From Leptospiraceae bacterium (GTDB lineage: Bacteria; Spirochaetota; Leptospiria; Leptospirales; Leptonemataceae), in assembly GCA_020441025.1 (NCBI GenBank), contig JAGRMX010000001.1, forward strand, positions 1-38,152: a stretch of DNA of 38,152 nt. The letters are read 5' to 3'. Positions 35,844 through 38,152 of this stretch are shown in pieces. The notes under the pieces were generated by a model. The model was not told where the DNA came from, did not search any database, and saw only the letters and a program-made list of their open reading frames with translations. Both the position numbers and the translations under genes were made by a program. Each line of letters starts with the position of its first letter. Positions within the stretch are counted from its first letter, which is position 1.

Positions 35844-36620
35844 ATGAAATTAACAGATAATACTATTCTAATAACCGGCGGCGGTTCCGGCATCGGTCTG
35901 GCCCTGGCCCGGGCTTTTCGAGAACTGGGTAATGAGGTGATCGTCAGCAATCGTTCCGAAGAGCGCCTGGCCGCCGCCCGGGCGGAGGGATTCGCAACCT
36001 ACGCCGTGGATATGGCCGACCCGGCCGGCATCGCTGCCATGGCCGCGCAGGTGCTGTCCGATTATCCCGCCTTGAACGGCGTGATTCAAAATGCGGGAAT
36101 CATGCAAATGGAAAATTTGCTGAACGGCAATACGCAACAGGTTCAGGACCATACGATCGCCGTCAATCTGCTGGGTCCCATGCGTCTCAACAACGCGTTG
36201 ATACCGCACTTATTAAAACAGGACCGGGCGTTCATCATGACGGTTTCATCCGGATTGGCCTTTTTGCCGGCCGCCATGTTCCCGACTTATAGCGCCACCA
36301 AAGCGGCCATCCACTCGTATACCCAGAGTTTGCGTTACCAGTTAAAAAATACTTCCATTCAGGTGATGGAACTGGCACCACCGTATGTGCAAACAACACT
36401 GACCGGTGAGCACCAGGCAACCGATCCGCATGCCATGCCGTTGGACGAATTTATCAATGAAGTAATGAGCATTCTAAAGCAGAATCCGGATACCAGGGAA
36501 ATATTGGTCGAGCGAGTGAATTTTTTACGTACCGCCGAAAGCAAAGGCATGAACGCTTATTATGAGTTGTTCAATGGATTTAACGATCAAATGGCGTCTA
36601 CGCGGACGACGTCGGTGTAG
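35844..36620 (+). CDS. Short-chain dehydrogenase/reductase (SDR) family oxidoreductase
   Basis: GGAGG RBS. The cofactor motif is TGGGSGIG and the catalytic motif is YSATKAAIHSY. Confidence 0.9.
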   Translation: MKLTDNTILITGGGSGIGLALARAFRELGNEVIVSNRSEERLAAARAEGFATYAVDMADPAGIAAMAAQVLSDYPALNGVIQNAGIMQMENLLNGNTQQVQDHTIAVNLLGPMRLNNALIPHLLKQDRAFIMTVSSGLAFLPAAMFPTYSATKAAIHSYTQSLRYQLKNTSIQVMELAPPYVQTTLTGEHQATDPHAMPLDEFINEVMSILKQNPDTREILVERVNFLRTAESKGMNAYYELFNGFNDQMASTRTTSV

Positions 36621-36629
36621 GATTACAAT

Positions 36630-37514
36630 ATGACTGTCGGTATTCCATCGGAGTTAATCGCTCTGGTTGAAAGATATTCCGGTACGGAAGCGCTCAGCGA
36701 TACGCCGCTGGAATCTTTAAAAATAGTCCGCCGGGATCAAAAAACAGGGCCCGTGCATTCGTTGTACGAGCCCTGTATCTGTCTGGTCGTACAGGGTGAA
36801 AAACTGGTTACGGTGGGCAGTAAGCAATATCGTTGTGCGCCCAGCCGTTTTTTTGTTTCGGCCGCGAACCTGCCGGTAGTGGGTGAAGTCGTAAAAGCTT
36901 CGTCTACTACGCCTTATCTATGTCTGGTGCTGCGCCTGGACCAACAGGTGATTTATGAGGTGGTGGATAAAGTGGGTCCGTCGCAAAATGGGACCAGGGA
37001 AACCGGGGTGTTTACCGATGACGTGACCGCTGTCCTGACCGACGCCTTCTTACGTTTGATGCGCTGTCTGGAAAACCAAAACGATCGGGATGTTCTGGCG
37101 CCAATGATCATCAGGGAAATCGTATATTATTTGATGAAATCGCGCTTTGCGAATGTGGTATATCAATTGGGCGTGAAAGGCAGTCAAATGCTGCGTATAT
37201 CGCGTTGCATCCAAAAAATACGTCGCGATTATGCGTCTCCGCTTACTGTAGATAGCCTGGCGCAAATGGCGCACATGAGTCCTTCGGCGTTTTATCAGAA
37301 TTTTAAAAAAGTGACTCTGTTGAGTCCCATTCAATTTCAAAAGCATGTGCGTTTACAGGAAGCGCGCAGATTACTGGCTACCGAGGTGGAGGATGTGACT
37401 ACCGTGGCGTACATGGTCGGTTACGAAAGTCCCTCCCAGTTCAGCCGGGAATACGCACGCCTGTTCGGGTTGCCGCCTTCCCGGGATCGGAAGCAATTGC
37501 AGGCCTTTGCATAG
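36630..37514 (+). CDS. AraC-family transcriptional regulator (AraC_N-type ligand domain + HTH)
   Basis: The C-terminus reads LAQMAHMSPSAFYQNFKKVTLLSPIQFQKHVRLQEARRLL...GYESPSQFSREYARLFGLPPSRD. It is adjacent to an SDR gene, a common pairing. Confidence 0.85.
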   Translation: MTVGIPSELIALVERYSGTEALSDTPLESLKIVRRDQKTGPVHSLYEPCICLVVQGEKLVTVGSKQYRCAPSRFFVSAANLPVVGEVVKASSTTPYLCLVLRLDQQVIYEVVDKVGPSQNGTRETGVFTDDVTAVLTDAFLRLMRCLENQNDRDVLAPMIIREIVYYLMKSRFANVVYQLGVKGSQMLRISRCIQKIRRDYASPLTVDSLAQMAHMSPSAFYQNFKKVTLLSPIQFQKHVRLQEARRLLATEVEDVTTVAYMVGYESPSQFSREYARLFGLPPSRDRKQLQAFA

Positions 37515-37797
37515 TATGTGGATTTGATCGCCGGGAATTTTGTTTTGCATAAATCGGGCTATGCACATCTCCGCCTTGCGTGCAAGTTAAACAGAGTATT
37601 ATTCCACGGCCGGTTTCCATTCGATTGAGGCGTATTGGCTCTCTAAAATTGCATCCTGCGTTATCATCGATAGGTCGCAATCAGTATTATGCAACCGTCG
37701 AACAGATCGATTAATAAATATCATCCGATCAAATCGATCTGGTTCGGAATAGGGCCGATAGATTGTTCGGATAAGGTTTGCAGACGCCGGGTAAAAA

Positions 37798-38055
37798 CTA
37801 AAGTCCCAGGTAGGATGGCGGGAAAAATCCACCCTTATTTTTATCTTCATCCGATGAAAACGCGAAAACTGCGCCTATGCATAACAAAATGAATAACGGG
37901 ATGAAAACGAATAAATTGGCATTAATACCCAAAATATTCTCAACGCCGTTCTGGTCCTGTAAAGTTCCTCCAAAAGAGTTCATGGTAAAAAACGAAATAA
38001 AGAATCCAGAATAGACGCCTATGCCGATCAAAAATATTTTTAGCATCCTATTCAT
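37798..38055 (-). CDS. Small membrane protein (2 TM)
   Basis: 85-aa ORF with two clear hydrophobic helices. It overlaps the weaker ORF at 37599-37850 in another frame. Confidence 0.45.
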   Translation of the reverse strand: MNRMLKIFLIGIGVYSGFFISFFTMNSFGGTLQDQNGVENILGINANLFVFIPLFILLCIGAVFAFSSDEDKNKGGFFPPSYLGL

Positions 38056-38152
38056 TGATTACCTGCTGGAATCGCGTTTCATCGTTCGCCCGGTTCGCAT
38101 CAGAGGCAATATTGTCCGCGCCTCAATCGCGACTGAATAAGGAGCGATTGGC

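Noticed and set aside
37599-37850. 83-aa minus-strand ORF overlapping the 3' end of the small membrane-protein gene
   Set aside because: It lies in a different frame, overlaps by 53 nt, and has no recognisable features or RBS. It is left unannotated, though a frameshifted longer gene cannot be excluded.
1-38152. Antisense and alternate-frame ORFs inside the large genes (for example 6855-7562, 12611-13249, 18373-18861, 18980-19486, 20600-21253, 28994-29407)
   Set aside because: Each is fully embedded in a gene with strong family signatures on the other strand or frame, and each has an Arg/Pro/Gly-biased composition typical of shadow ORFs.
1-38152. Mobile elements, prophage, or known defence systems (RM, TA, CBASS, retron, DGR)
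   Set aside because: I saw no integrase, transposase, reverse transcriptase, nuclease/helicase/ATPase defence cores, CD-NTase or phage structural genes. The patatin-like lipase at 22258-22977 has no cyclase partner, so I made no CBASS call.

Overview
A 38-kb, roughly 50% GC bacterial chromosomal segment with about 35 protein genes. I found no rRNA, tRNA, CRISPR array, transposase, integrase or recognisable defence genes. The gene content is housekeeping and environmental sensing:
- a truncated ribE at the left edge;
- a fatty-acid catabolism block (a tetR-acd-acd operon plus a long-chain acyl-CoA synthetase);
- many lipoproteins with Leptospira-style lipoboxes, including a DUF1566 protein;
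- signalling genes: a 7TMR-DISM hybrid histidine kinase with a NarL-type regulator, a REC-PAS-GAF protein, a class III adenylate cyclase and two AraC regulators;
- a patatin-like lipase;
- an ankyrin-repeat lipoprotein divergent from a TPR protein.
This mix suggests a Leptospirales-like or similar environmental bacterium, but that is inference only.
The one region the genes do not explain is the 0.9-kb ORF-poor gap at 8304-9212, upstream of and co-oriented with tetR-acd-acd. It holds a tandem array of about 330-bp units. Each unit has a nearly invariant 88-bp module (a TATAAT palindrome plus a C-rich/G-rich tract). Each also has a roughly 105-nt three-way-junction fold whose stems differ in sequence between copies but keep their pairing. 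All four apical loops read A(N)GGA on the minus strand, which is the CsrA/RsmA-type binding motif. I consider this the best candidate for an undescribed structured RNA or recombination element in the window. Everything else is ordinary or only mildly unusual. All calls come from reading the sequence and ORF translations by eye; no database search was possible.
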